Shown in pieces: positions 25,127 through 36,279 of a stretch of DNA of 64,000 nt; position 1 is the stretch's first letter; every line of letters begins with the position of its first letter. The position numbers and the translations under genes were made by a program. Source of the stretch: an uncultured Ruminococcus sp. (GTDB taxonomy: Bacteria; Bacillota; Clostridia; Oscillospirales; CAG-382). The stretch covers positions 95 through 64,094 of the forward strand of contig CAZHBX010000007.1 of NCBI GenBank assembly GCA_964530795.1. The letters run 5' to 3'. The notes beneath the pieces are model-generated. The model had not been told where the DNA came from and made no database searches. It saw nothing but the letters and a program-made list of their open reading frames with translations.

Positions 25127-25154
25127 TTGACAAGACGCAAAAAAGGGGTATAAT
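25127..25154 (+). promoter_or_regulatory. Sigma-A promoter of the hrcA-dnaK operon
   Basis: TTGACA-16-TATAAT. Confidence 0.85.
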
Positions 25155-25164
25155 AAATGCAAGA

Positions 25165-25191
25165 TTAGCACTTGAGGTGTTTGAGTGCTAA
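25165..25191 (+). promoter_or_regulatory. CIRCE operator (HrcA site)
   Basis: TTAGCACTT-N9-GAGTGCTAA, one mismatch to consensus, directly upstream of hrcA. Confidence 0.95.
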
Positions 25192-25231
25192 TGGCTGGGG
25201 CGGAGATAGCCGGCGAGAGGAGGGGTACGGC

Positions 25232-26320
25232 ATGGAGCTTTCCGAGCGCAAGAAGGCGATCCTGAAATCCGTCATCGACGCGTACATCCGCACCGGCGAT
25301 CCGGTCGGTTCGAAATCCTTGACGGAGTTCAACCTGTCGAGCGCGACGATCCGCAGCGAGATGAACGACCTCGAAAATATGGGGTATCTCGAACAGCCGC
25401 ACACGTCCGCCGGCCGGGTGCCGACCCCGCAGGGCTATCGCACATACGTTGATAGCCTCATGGAGCGCTACTTCCTCGGCATGGAGGAGCTCGAAGTGCT
25501 GAATGAGGTCATGAGCAACAAACTCGTTGAAGTTGGACGAATGATGGACGAGGCCGCGCGGGCCATCGGGAACATCACCAACTACGCGACCTTCGCCTTT
25601 CTCGGCGGGGGAAACAGCGTCGTAGACCGGTATGAAACGGTTTTTGTCGATGAAAGCAGTTTTCTGCTGATTATGATTTGCCGGGACGGATCCATCCGCA
25701 ACCGGCACGTCAAGCTGATGAATCCGATCACGCCGGAGCAGCTCGAGCGGACCAAAGCGTCTCTCAACGCGTCGCTTGTCGGGTTGTCAGCCGAACAGAT
25801 CACCCTTCCCGCCATTCTCGCGTTCGAAGAGCACATGGGCGAGAACCGCGCGCTCGCGATGACGGTGCTGCGGGTGGTGCACGAGATGCTCGGTTCCTAC
25901 GACCAGGAAAAGGTGCACATCGAAGGGGTTAACAAGCTGCTTTCCTACCCCGAGTTCATGGACGTGGCGAAGTTTCAGAGCATCCTTGCGCTGTTTGAGG
26001 AGCGGCAGCGGTTTGCGGAACTGATGAAGCGGGCGGTTCCCGGACAGACGAGCGTAATTTTGGGAGACGAGGAAAAGGGGGATTTCGCCCCGCCGGACAC
26101 CGGGTTCGTCTTCCATCCGATCACCGTCCACGGACAGGTCGTTGGGGCTATCGGAGTCATCGGACCGCAGCGGATGGATTATAAGAAGGTCGTCGCCTCG
26201 CTGGATTATTTTGCGTCCGGCCTGGCGGAGCAGATCGGTCCGGCCGAATCGCCGGACGGCGTATTGCAGGAAAGGAGAGACAGTCAACATGCAGACGACG
26301 GAAAAGGAACCGGAGGATAA
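25232..26320 (+). CDS. hrcA: Heat-inducible transcription repressor
   Basis: PVGSK, SSATIRSEM, PHTSAGRVPT and GVIGPQRMDY motifs. Confidence 0.96.
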   Translation: MELSERKKAILKSVIDAYIRTGDPVGSKSLTEFNLSSATIRSEMNDLENMGYLEQPHTSAGRVPTPQGYRTYVDSLMERYFLGMEELEVLNEVMSNKLVEVGRMMDEAARAIGNITNYATFAFLGGGNSVVDRYETVFVDESSFLLIMICRDGSIRNRHVKLMNPITPEQLERTKASLNASLVGLSAEQITLPAILAFEEHMGENRALAMTVLRVVHEMLGSYDQEKVHIEGVNKLLSYPEFMDVAKFQSILALFEERQRFAELMKRAVPGQTSVILGDEEKGDFAPPDTGFVFHPITVHGQVVGAIGVIGPQRMDYKKVVASLDYFASGLAEQIGPAESPDGVLQERRDSQHADDGKGTGG

Positions 26321-26957
26321 AGAGAAACAGATTCCCGAGGAGCCGGTGTCACGGGAACAGCCGGAAGCGGCGGAGCAGTCCGCGCCGCAGGAACAGCCGG
26401 AAGCGGCAGAGCCGTCCGTGTCGCAGGAACAGCCGGAAGCGGCAGAGCCGTCCGCGTCGCAGGAGCAGCCGGACGCAAAAGCGGAAAAGGAGAAGAAGGA
26501 GAAAGAGAAAAAGCTCTCCCACCGTGAACAGAAGGAGGTAGAAGCGCTCAAGGCGAAACTGGACGAAAAGAACGACCAGTACCTGCGACTGTACGCGGAG
26601 TATGAGAATTTCCGCAAGCGGAGCGAAAAGGAGAAGGCGGAGTGCTACACCACCGCCTACGCGGACGCCCTGACGGCCTTTCTGCCGCTGCTCGACAGCA
26701 TGGCGCAGGCGCTGCAATTCTCGCCGGACGACAAGGGCATTCAGGCGCTTGTCAAGCAACAGAACGATATCCTCGCAAAACTTGGCATTACGGAGATGCA
26801 GAGCGACGGAGTGACGTTCGACCCGAACTTCCACAACGCCATCATGCATGAGGAAAACCCCGACGTCGGCGAAAACGTCGTCGTGCAGACCTTCCAGAAG
26901 GGCTATATGCGGGGGGACAAAGTGCTGCGGCACGCGATGGTGAAGGTCGCGAATTGA
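26289..26957 (+). CDS. grpE: Nucleotide exchange factor GrpE
   Basis: LRLYAEYENFRKR, FDPNFHNAI, FQKGY..LRHAMVKV. Confidence 0.95.
   Translation: MQTTEKEPEDKEKQIPEEPVSREQPEAAEQSAPQEQPEAAEPSVSQEQPEAAEPSASQEQPDAKAEKEKKEKEKKLSHREQKEVEALKAKLDEKNDQYLRLYAEYENFRKRSEKEKAECYTTAYADALTAFLPLLDSMAQALQFSPDDKGIQALVKQQNDILAKLGITEMQSDGVTFDPNFHNAIMHEENPDVGENVVVQTFQKGYMRGDKVLRHAMVKVAN
26340..26480 (+). repeat. About four copies of a 36-bp (12-aa) tandem repeat in the grpE 5' region
   Basis: QEQPEAAEPSxS units. Confidence 0.85.
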
Positions 26958-26999
26958 CGCGGGAATTCTAAGAAAAAAAACGACAACTGTTAATTTTAG

Positions 27000-28859
<1,860 letters not shown>

Positions 28860-28875
28860 AACCGCATAGCGGAGG

Positions 28876-28911
28876 CTGCATACGGGAGGCATTCCTTCCG
28901 TATGCAGTTTT
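28876..28911 (+). terminator. Hairpin/terminator between dnaK and dnaJ
   Basis: CTGCATACGGGAGG...CCTTCCGTATGCAG then T-tract. Confidence 0.7.
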
Positions 28912-28945
28912 CCGGTGAAAAAACCGTTGGAAATGGGATAGGATC

Positions 28946-30085
28946 ATGGCAGAACAGAAACGAGATTGCTACGAGGTGCTCGGATTAAAGAAGGGCGCTT
29001 CGGACAGCGAAATCAAGAAAGCGTTCTATAAACTCGCCAAGCAGTATCACCCGGACGCGAATCCCGGCGACAGGGCTGCGGAGGCCCGCTTCAAGGAGGT
29101 CAATGAGGCATATTCTGTGCTTTCCGACCCGGAAAAGCGTTCCCGCTACGACCAGTACGGCTGGGCGGGGCTGGACCCGTCCGCCGGAAGCGGTGGATCC
29201 GAGGGCTTCGGCGGGTTCTCGGAAGGGTTTGACGTCGGGGATTTGTTTGGCGACCTGTTTGGCGGAATGTTCGGCGGTGGCGGTGGCGGACGGGGCCGAG
29301 GCTCACGCGGTTCGCACCGTGGCGAGGATATTTCCGCCCGGGTCACGATCTCCTTTGAGGAGGCCGCGTTCGGCTGCAAGAAGGAGATCCGCTACGCGCG
29401 GGTGGAAGCTTGTCCGACCTGCTCCGGCAGCGGCGGGACGGGCGTGGAAACCTGCTCGAAGTGCGGCGGACGCGGACAGGTCACCGTGCAGCAGCGCACG
29501 CCGTTTGGCTACATGCAGTCCACACAGGTGTGCGACGTCTGCAAGGGCAAGGGAAAGGTCATCAAGAACCCCTGCAAGGACTGCCGCGGGACCGGTTTGC
29601 AGCGGAGGAACAAGATCCTCGAGGTCAACATCCCCGGCGGCATCAACAACGGGATGCGGGTGTCCGTGCGCGGACAGGGGAACGCGGGGATCAACGGCGG
29701 GAGCGCGGGCGACGTCATCGTCGACGTGACCGTTCGGCCGCACGAGGTATTCACGCGCAATGGATTCGACCTGCTTTGCACCTTGCCAATTACGTTCGTG
29801 GAAGCCGCGCTGGGCGCAAAGGTTACGGTGCCGACGCTCGATGGGCAAGAGGAACTGGCGATTCCGGAGGGTACGCAGTCCGGCACGACCTTCAGCATCA
29901 AGGGCAAGGGCACGCAGACGCTCGACGGCAAGGGCAGGGGGAACCTGCTCGTGACGGTCGAGGTCGAGGTCCCGCGCGGACTCGGCAAGAAGCAGAAGGA
30001 CGCCCTCGCCGCTTTCGGGCAGCTGTGCGAGGATGGGTATTACGCGAAGAAGAGTTCCTTCTTCTCGAAATTTAAGAAGAAATAA
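28946..30085 (+). CDS. dnaJ: Chaperone DnaJ
   Basis: HPD J-domain, G/F region, four CxxCxGxG repeats. Confidence 0.98.
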   Translation: MAEQKRDCYEVLGLKKGASDSEIKKAFYKLAKQYHPDANPGDRAAEARFKEVNEAYSVLSDPEKRSRYDQYGWAGLDPSAGSGGSEGFGGFSEGFDVGDLFGDLFGGMFGGGGGGRGRGSRGSHRGEDISARVTISFEEAAFGCKKEIRYARVEACPTCSGSGGTGVETCSKCGGRGQVTVQQRTPFGYMQSTQVCDVCKGKGKVIKNPCKDCRGTGLQRRNKILEVNIPGGINNGMRVSVRGQGNAGINGGSAGDVIVDVTVRPHEVFTRNGFDLLCTLPITFVEAALGAKVTVPTLDGQEELAIPEGTQSGTTFSIKGKGTQTLDGKGRGNLLVTVEVEVPRGLGKKQKDALAAFGQLCEDGYYAKKSSFFSKFKKK

Positions 30086-30154
30086 CCGCAAAAGGCGTGG
30101 GTACTCCCACGCTTTGTTGCTTTCCAAACGAAAAATTCGAAGGGAGGTGCGGAA

Positions 30155-32089
30155 ATGAATATGGGATTCGGCCCGGGAGGCTCTGGCAGGGGACCGGGCG
30201 GGCCGGACGGCCTGTACGAGAAGATGAAACCCCCGAAGCCAAAACATCTGCGCGAGGTGCCGGAATATCTGCGCAAGGTCGTCGGCGGGGTGTTTTCCCG
30301 TTTGCTGTATATCTTCCGGCTGGTGTGGGAGGCCCGACGGCTGCTGCTGTTCGTGCTGAGCTTCATGACGCTGTTCAACGGGATCATGCCGGTGGTCGGA
30401 ACGTTCATCTCCGCCCATCTGCTTGGACGCATCGTTGCCCGGCTGAGCGACCCGACGGTGGATCTCTGGGCGCCGCTGCTGCTGCAATTCGGGTATACGT
30501 TTCTGTATTTCCTCGTCAACGGCGTGTGCCGGCTGGTCACGAACATCTCCGGCGAATTGGTCACCAACCACGTCCGGGTGAAGATCATGGAAAAGGCCAA
30601 GGAGGTCGATTTGGCGTCCTTCGATCAGCCGGATTTTTACGAGCGGCTGGAGAACGCGAACCGTGAAGCGGGGACCCGCCCGGTCACGATCGTCGAAAAC
30701 ACGTTCGGGATGGTCAGTCAGCTCATCACGATGGCGAGTTATCTCGTTGTGCTCGGCGGGCTGATTTTCCGGCTGGCGTGGTACGCTTCGATGTTCGCGC
30801 TGCTGTTTATCCTGCTGTCGGTCGCGACGGCGCTCGTGGGATTCTATTTCCGCCGGCAGCGGTTCCTCTATATGCGCCGGCGGAGCAAGGACCGCAGGCA
30901 GATGAACTACTACAGTGACCTGATGGTCAACAAGGACCTCGTCAAGGAGCTGCGGCTGTTCGACCTGTCCGACCTGTTCATTGGGCGGTACAAGGGGGTA
31001 TTCGCCCGCTACTTCAAGGGGCTTAAAAAGCTGGTATACAAGGAAACGACGTGGAACCTCTCGCTTGGGTTTCTAACGGTCGCGGTCAACTGCGTGCTGT
31101 TCTTCATCATCGCGAGCAACATCGGACAGATCGAGGATTACACGGTCTACACCGGTGCGCTCAATGCGGTGTCCTCCGCGGTCGCGTCCGTTCTGACGAC
31201 GCTCGGCTCCATCTACGAGGGTACGCTGTTCATCGACAACATGATCCTGTTTATGAAGGAGAAAAAGACCATCCGCCCATCCCTGCCGGAAGGGGCGATT
31301 CCCGAGCGCCGGCAGGGACACCGCATCGAACTGCGGAACGTCTCGTTTGCCTATCCCGGAAGTGACCGCAGGGTGCTGAAGAACATTAACCTGACGCTCG
31401 AACCCGGAGATACGGCCGTGCTCGTCGGGCTTAACGGCGCAGGGAAGACCACGCTCATCAAATTGCTTACCCGCCTTTACGATCCGACGGAGGGGGTTAT
31501 TTTGCTCGACGGGCGGGACATCCGCGAATACGATCCCGAGGCGCTCTACCGACTCTACGGCATTATTTTCCAGGATTTTGGCAAGTACGCCGAACCGGTC
31601 CGGGACAACATCTATTTCGGCCAGATCGACGCCGAACCGACTGAGGAAGCGATAAAAACCGCTGCGGAACAGGCGTCCGCGGACGAATTCATCCGCCGGC
31701 TCCCGCGTGGATACGACACGCCGCTGATGCGGTATTTCGAGCCGGACGGCGTGGAGCTTTCGATCGGGCAGTGGCAAAAGCTGTCGGTCGCGCGGGCGTT
31801 TTACGCGGACAGCGATATCCTCATTCTCGACGAGCCGACCGCGTCTCTCGACCCGATGGCGGAGCAGGAGCTGTTCCGTCAGTTTGATCAGCTTCGCAAG
31901 GGGAAAACCACGGTGTTCGTGTCTCACCGGCTGTCGAGCGCGACGACAGCGGACAAGATTATCCTGCTCAAGGACGGAGAAATCGCCGAAACCGGCACCC
32001 ACGCGGAGCTGATGGCGAAAAAGGGCGAATACTATACGCTGTTCTCGACGCAGGCGAAACGCTATCTTTCGTCAGAAGGGGACGCATGA
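30155..32089 (+). CDS. ABC exporter, fused permease/ATPase (half transporter)
   Basis: N-terminal TM helices; GLNGAGKTT, LSIGQWQK and LDEPT motifs. Confidence 0.88.
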   Translation: MNMGFGPGGSGRGPGGPDGLYEKMKPPKPKHLREVPEYLRKVVGGVFSRLLYIFRLVWEARRLLLFVLSFMTLFNGIMPVVGTFISAHLLGRIVARLSDPTVDLWAPLLLQFGYTFLYFLVNGVCRLVTNISGELVTNHVRVKIMEKAKEVDLASFDQPDFYERLENANREAGTRPVTIVENTFGMVSQLITMASYLVVLGGLIFRLAWYASMFALLFILLSVATALVGFYFRRQRFLYMRRRSKDRRQMNYYSDLMVNKDLVKELRLFDLSDLFIGRYKGVFARYFKGLKKLVYKETTWNLSLGFLTVAVNCVLFFIIASNIGQIEDYTVYTGALNAVSSAVASVLTTLGSIYEGTLFIDNMILFMKEKKTIRPSLPEGAIPERRQGHRIELRNVSFAYPGSDRRVLKNINLTLEPGDTAVLVGLNGAGKTTLIKLLTRLYDPTEGVILLDGRDIREYDPEALYRLYGIIFQDFGKYAEPVRDNIYFGQIDAEPTEEAIKTAAEQASADEFIRRLPRGYDTPLMRYFEPDGVELSIGQWQKLSVARAFYADSDILILDEPTASLDPMAEQELFRQFDQLRKGKTTVFVSHRLSSATTADKIILLKDGEIAETGTHAELMAKKGEYYTLFSTQAKRYLSSEGDA

Positions 32090-32094
32090 AAAGT

Positions 32095-32218
32095 CCGCCG
32101 GGATTCCACGGGAATCCACGGCGGGCAACCTGTCGAAAAAGGGTTTGTTGGGGTTTGGGACTGCGCGAAACGCAGTCCCAAACCCCATTCAAGGAACTTT
32201 TTGAAAAAGTTCCTTGAA
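32095..32218. repeat. Cluster of three palindromes between convergent genes
   Basis: Stems at 32095-32124, 32149-32187 (17 bp perfect) and 32188-32218 (15 bp perfect). Confidence 0.85.
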
Positions 32219-32282
32219 AATTCTCAAAAGCTTTCTGATTTGGGGCTTCAAAGAGGAGGATTTCGTCGGTTAAAACGGGAAA

Positions 32283-33209
32283 TCAGGCGTCGTCTGGCAT
32301 CTCCGAACGGCGGGGCAGGGAACGATAGCCGCCCGGACGGGACGCGGTCAGCGCGTAGACGTCGCTGGCAAACGAGGCGGAAGCGCGCAGGTCGCCGGTG
32401 CTGAGGTATTTCCCGACGAAGGCGGCGGTGAACGCCTCGGAAGCGCCCGCGGGGTCGATGGGGTCGTCGCCGGACGCGGTAACGGCGCTGAAGTATTTGC
32501 CGTCGTAGAGGAAGCAGCCCCGACTCCCCATTCGCAGCAGGACGTATTTCACGTCGAACCGCTTGCAGAGCGCGTAGCAGGCGAACTTCTGTCCCTCCTC
32601 GTTGGCGCGGTTGACGCCGGAGAACGCATAGGCGTCCTTTTCATCGACCAGCAGGACCTCCGCGCGGGCGAGGCGTTCGAAGGGAAAGTCCGCCGGCGCC
32701 CCGCCCTCGGCGGAAGCGTCGAGGAAGAGCGGCAGCTTATGGGAAGCCGCAAGCTCAGACAGACGGGAGACGACGTCCGGGGACGGGTCGAGCGACGCGA
32801 CTATCGCGTCGGGATAGCAGGAAAGGGCGTTTTCCGCGTGGCGGGCGGTCAGGCTGCGGTTCGCGCCGGAGTAGAGCAGGGTGCGGCGGACGCCGCTTTC
32901 CTCGACTAGCTCCAGCGCAAGCCCGGTTTGCAGGGTGCGGTCAACGGTGATGTTGGCCGTGTGCACCCCTTCCTTCCGGCAGACCTCCAGCAGTCGGTCG
33001 CCGTAGTAATCGTCGCCGACGCGCACGCAGATGGCCGCGTCGTATCCCAGCTTCGCCGCCGCGACCGCGCCGAGAACGCTCCGCCCGCAGGGGGCGAACG
33101 TGTAATTCGCATCCGAACGGAAAACTTCCCCCGGCTCGGGGAGACGGGACGCACCGACCGCGAAGCGGATCTGCGCACCGCCGACGAAAAGCATTCTCTT
33201 CCTTGGCAT
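32283..33209 (-). CDS. PfkB/ribokinase-fold protein with degenerate active-site motifs
   Basis: AVAAAKLG, RVGDDYYG, GAN and MGSRG present; DTxGAGD replaced by DPAGASE. Confidence 0.8.
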   Translation of the reverse strand: MPRKRMLFVGGAQIRFAVGASRLPEPGEVFRSDANYTFAPCGRSVLGAVAAAKLGYDAAICVRVGDDYYGDRLLEVCRKEGVHTANITVDRTLQTGLALELVEESGVRRTLLYSGANRSLTARHAENALSCYPDAIVASLDPSPDVVSRLSELAASHKLPLFLDASAEGGAPADFPFERLARAEVLLVDEKDAYAFSGVNRANEEGQKFACYALCKRFDVKYVLLRMGSRGCFLYDGKYFSAVTASGDDPIDPAGASEAFTAAFVGKYLSTGDLRASASFASDVYALTASRPGGYRSLPRRSEMPDDA

Positions 33210-33273
33210 GACAGCATCCTTTCTTTTTTGTTTCAATTCGGATTCGGGTCGTCAAAATACCCCTTTCTAATCT

Positions 33274-33302
33274 ATTTTACCTCTTTTTTCCGCATTTGTC
33301 AA
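33274..33302 (-). promoter_or_regulatory. Sigma-A promoter of the pfkB-like gene (-35 overlaps the spoIIID stop)
   Basis: TTGACA-17-TAAAAT. Confidence 0.7.
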
Positions 33303-33556
33303 TGTTTCGCCGCTAAATATTTCAGCCGCGTAGCATTTCCGCCGCGTTTGTGCCGTTCCTCTTTGTTGGTCCGCAGGACTTGCTGGACTTCCTCGTAAAG
33401 CGAAAGGTTCTGCTGTTTGAGACGAGCGGTCAGATCTTTGTGGACCGTGCTCTTGCTGACGCCGAATTTTTTTGCGGCAGCGCGGACGGTCGCTCCGGTC
33501 TCTGACACATATTTTCCGATTTCCTCTGCCCGTGTGGGCGTGTCGGAATGATACAT
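33299..33556 (-). CDS. spoIIID: Sporulation transcription regulator SpoIIID
   Basis: ATVRAAAKKFGVSKSTVHKDL..RL and NK.ERH.RGG.AT..KY. Confidence 0.95.
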   Translation of the reverse strand: MYHSDTPTRAEEIGKYVSETGATVRAAAKKFGVSKSTVHKDLTARLKQQNLSLYEEVQQVLRTNKEERHKRGGNATRLKYLAAKH

Positions 33557-33579
33557 AGACGGAACTCCTTTCGCTGCTA

Positions 33580-33608
33580 TGCCTATGCGTGCGGGAGAAA
33601 AAATATGT
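33580..33608 (-). promoter_or_regulatory. Putative sigma-E promoter of spoIIID
   Basis: ACATATT-14-CATAGGCA; spoIIID is an established SigE target. Confidence 0.5.
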
Positions 33609-33658
33609 GATTTTGCGCTGAAAACGGCGGGGAATTGCGCTTTTTTTGGCTTGCCCCC

Positions 33659-33687
33659 TTGACAAATCCCACCTGAAATGGTATCAT
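33659..33687 (+). promoter_or_regulatory. Sigma-A promoter of the minD-mgsA-hisS-aspS cluster
   Basis: TTGACA-17-TATCAT with TG extended -10. Confidence 0.75.
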
Positions 33688-33721
33688 AAAAACGACTCTA
33701 TATTGGAGGAGTGTACCATTT

Positions 33722-34555
33722 TTGGGCAGAGTGATTTTTGTGACCGCATTCAAGGGCGGGGTCGGAAAAACGACCGCCGCCGCGGGCATCGCCGCCGCGC
33801 TTGCGTTTCTCGGGAAGCGGGTCTGCATCGTTGACGCCGATTTCGGGATGCGGTGCATGGATCTGGTGCTTGGGCTGGAAGACAGGGTACTGTACGATTG
33901 CGGCGACGTGCTCGCCGGGCGCTGCTCGCTCGAGGACGCGCTCGTGCCGGTCGGCGAAAACGGGCTTCTCCAATTTCTGCCCGCGCCGATGCGCTACGAC
34001 GGGTCCGAGCTCTCGCGTGACCGGGCGGACGCGTTGTTTGCGTCGATCCGCGCGGAATATGACTTCTGCATCGTGGATTCCTCTGCGGAACTGTCCGGCT
34101 ACTACAGGTTGTTTGCGCGGGAGGCGGACGAGGCCATCGTCGTCTCCCTGCACCAATCGACTTCTGTCCGCGCGGCGGAAAAGACGGCGGCGAATCTCGT
34201 CGCCATTGGTTATCGCCGGGTGCGCCTGATCGTCAACGGGTACCGGTATCAGCTCGCGTCGGCGGGCAAGCTGCCGACGATTTTGGAGGTCATCCGCCGT
34301 TCGTCGGTACCGCTGCTGGGCGTGATTCCCGCTTCGGAAAGTCTGCCCGCGGACCAGGAGCGCGGCGAAGCGCCGTTCGGCGGGAAGGATCGCCGGAGAC
34401 TGAAGTCGTACGAAGCGGCTTTCCTTAATATCGCGCTACGGCTGTGCGGCGCGGGGGTACCGCTACTCGAGGGAGTGGCCCCGCCGGGTCGGAAGTGCGT
34501 TTGTCTCGCGGCGGCGAAAAAGAAACTGTCCCACGTCGTTCCCGTTTCCACTTGA
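33722..34555 (+). CDS. minD: MinD-like ATPase
   Basis: KGGVGKTT deviant Walker A, DADFGMRCMDLVLGLEDR; TTG start after GGAGG. Confidence 0.8.
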   Translation: MGRVIFVTAFKGGVGKTTAAAGIAAALAFLGKRVCIVDADFGMRCMDLVLGLEDRVLYDCGDVLAGRCSLEDALVPVGENGLLQFLPAPMRYDGSELSRDRADALFASIRAEYDFCIVDSSAELSGYYRLFAREADEAIVVSLHQSTSVRAAEKTAANLVAIGYRRVRLIVNGYRYQLASAGKLPTILEVIRRSSVPLLGVIPASESLPADQERGEAPFGGKDRRRLKSYEAAFLNIALRLCGAGVPLLEGVAPPGRKCVCLAAAKKKLSHVVPVST

Positions 34556-34579
34556 CTCAACGAAAGGGTGTGTCCTGTT

Positions 34580-34993
34580 ATGAATATCGCGATTATCGCA
34601 AACGACAAAAAAAAGGAACTGATCACTGAGTTCTGCATGGCGTACTGCGGCGTGCTTTCCCACCACCGTATCTGCGCGACGGCGACGACGGCGAAGTACA
34701 TCGCCGAAGCGACCGGGCTCGCGATCGAAAAGCTGCTTTCCGGCTTTCATGGCGGTTCCAACCAGATCGCTTCCAAGATCGCCTACGGCGAGGTGGACCT
34801 GCTGATTCTGCTGTGCGATACCGGCGACCCACAGGAGTATCTCGAAACGGAAGTCCCGCTCATTCGGGAGTGTGACATTCATAACGTCCCCGCGGCGACC
34901 AACATCGCGACGGCGGAGGCGCTCATCCTCGCGCTCGACCGTGGCGACCTCAACTGGCGCACAATCGACAAGGACGCCGCTTTCGTCGGCTGA
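34580..34993 (+). CDS. Methylglyoxal synthase-like protein (degenerate active site)
   Basis: MNIAIIAND.KK, ATATTA, CDIHNVP.ATN.ATAE; canonical His and Asp residues missing. Confidence 0.75.
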   Translation: MNIAIIANDKKKELITEFCMAYCGVLSHHRICATATTAKYIAEATGLAIEKLLSGFHGGSNQIASKIAYGEVDLLILLCDTGDPQEYLETEVPLIRECDIHNVPAATNIATAEALILALDRGDLNWRTIDKDAAFVG

Positions 34994-35020
34994 AAACAGA
35001 AAGGAACTTAAAATTCATCT

Positions 35021-36262
35021 ATGAAACTGACACCAACCGAGGGGATGCGGGACTATCTGCCCCGGGAGAACGCTCTGCGGGACTTTCTGCTCGGGCGCAT
35101 CCGTGCGGTCTACCGCTCGAACGGCTTCCGCGCCATTGAGACCCCAGTGCCGGAAAGCCTCGAGAACCTCGAGAACAGTGACGGCGGAGAGAACCTCAGG
35201 CTGATCTATCGCCTCGAAAAGCGGGGTGACAAGCTCAAAAAGGCGCTTGACGCGGGGGATTACACTCACCTTTGCGACCTCGGTCTGCGCTATGACCTGA
35301 CCTTGCCGCTTTCCCGCTATTACGCGCTTCACCGCAACGAGCTGGAAAACCCGTTTAAGTGCATCCAGATTGGGCGGGTCTACCGCGCGGAACGTCCGCA
35401 GAAGGGCAGGCTGCGGGAATTCGTGCAGTGCGACATCGATATCCTCGGTTCGGACAGCATCGACTGCGAGGTCGAGCTGATCTCCGTCACGGCGGAAGCG
35501 CTGCTGGCGGTTGGCATTGACGATTTTCGCGTACGGGTCAATCACCGCGCCCTGCTGCGGAATCTGATCGTGGGCTGCGGCTTTGCGCCGGAAGCGGCGG
35601 ATTCCGTCTGCGTGACCGTCGACAAGGCGGACAAGGTCGGCTTTGACGGCGTGCGGGCGGAACTGCTCGAAAAGGATTTCGAGCCGGAGGTGGCGGAAAA
35701 GCTGACGAACCTGCTGCGGAACGGCCTGACGCTCGAACAGATCGCGTCCTACGGAAGCGAGGCGGAAGCGGAACAGGTTCGGACGATGTTGAAGCAGACC
35801 AATGCGCTTTCCGACGGGAAATATGAAGTGCTGTTCGACGCGACGCTCGTGCGCGGACAGGGTTACTACACCGGCACGGTGTTCGAGGTCGAATGCCCGT
35901 CCTTTGGCGGAACGATCGCCGGGGGCGGCCGGTACGACAACCTAATCGGCAAGTTCTGCGGTGGGAACGTGCCCGCGGTGGGGTTCTCGATCGGATTCGA
36001 ACGGATCTTCTCCGTGCTTTCGGAGCGTGGCGGGGACGGCGGCGGCCGGGACCGGGAAGTGCTGTTCTACGACGAGGGGCAGGTCGCCGAGGCGATCCGC
36101 TACGCCCGCACGCTGCACGACCGGTACGACGTGACGCTCTGGCAGAAGAAGAAAAAGATCGGCAAGCAACTCGCGCAGGCGGAAACGCAGGGTTACCGTT
36201 TCGCGGAGTTCTTGGAGAACCGTGGAGAGCGTAGGAAGCTGTCCGGTGGGCGGGAACAATAA
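35021..36262 (+). CDS. hisS: Histidine--tRNA ligase
   Basis: GMRDYLP, LRYDLTLP, RAERPQKGRLREF.Q and GGGRYD motifs. Confidence 0.95.
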   Translation: MKLTPTEGMRDYLPRENALRDFLLGRIRAVYRSNGFRAIETPVPESLENLENSDGGENLRLIYRLEKRGDKLKKALDAGDYTHLCDLGLRYDLTLPLSRYYALHRNELENPFKCIQIGRVYRAERPQKGRLREFVQCDIDILGSDSIDCEVELISVTAEALLAVGIDDFRVRVNHRALLRNLIVGCGFAPEAADSVCVTVDKADKVGFDGVRAELLEKDFEPEVAEKLTNLLRNGLTLEQIASYGSEAEAEQVRTMLKQTNALSDGKYEVLFDATLVRGQGYYTGTVFEVECPSFGGTIAGGGRYDNLIGKFCGGNVPAVGFSIGFERIFSVLSERGGDGGGRDREVLFYDEGQVAEAIRYARTLHDRYDVTLWQKKKKIGKQLAQAETQGYRFAEFLENRGERRKLSGGREQ

Positions 36263-36279
36263 GGAAGGAAGTTGCATAT

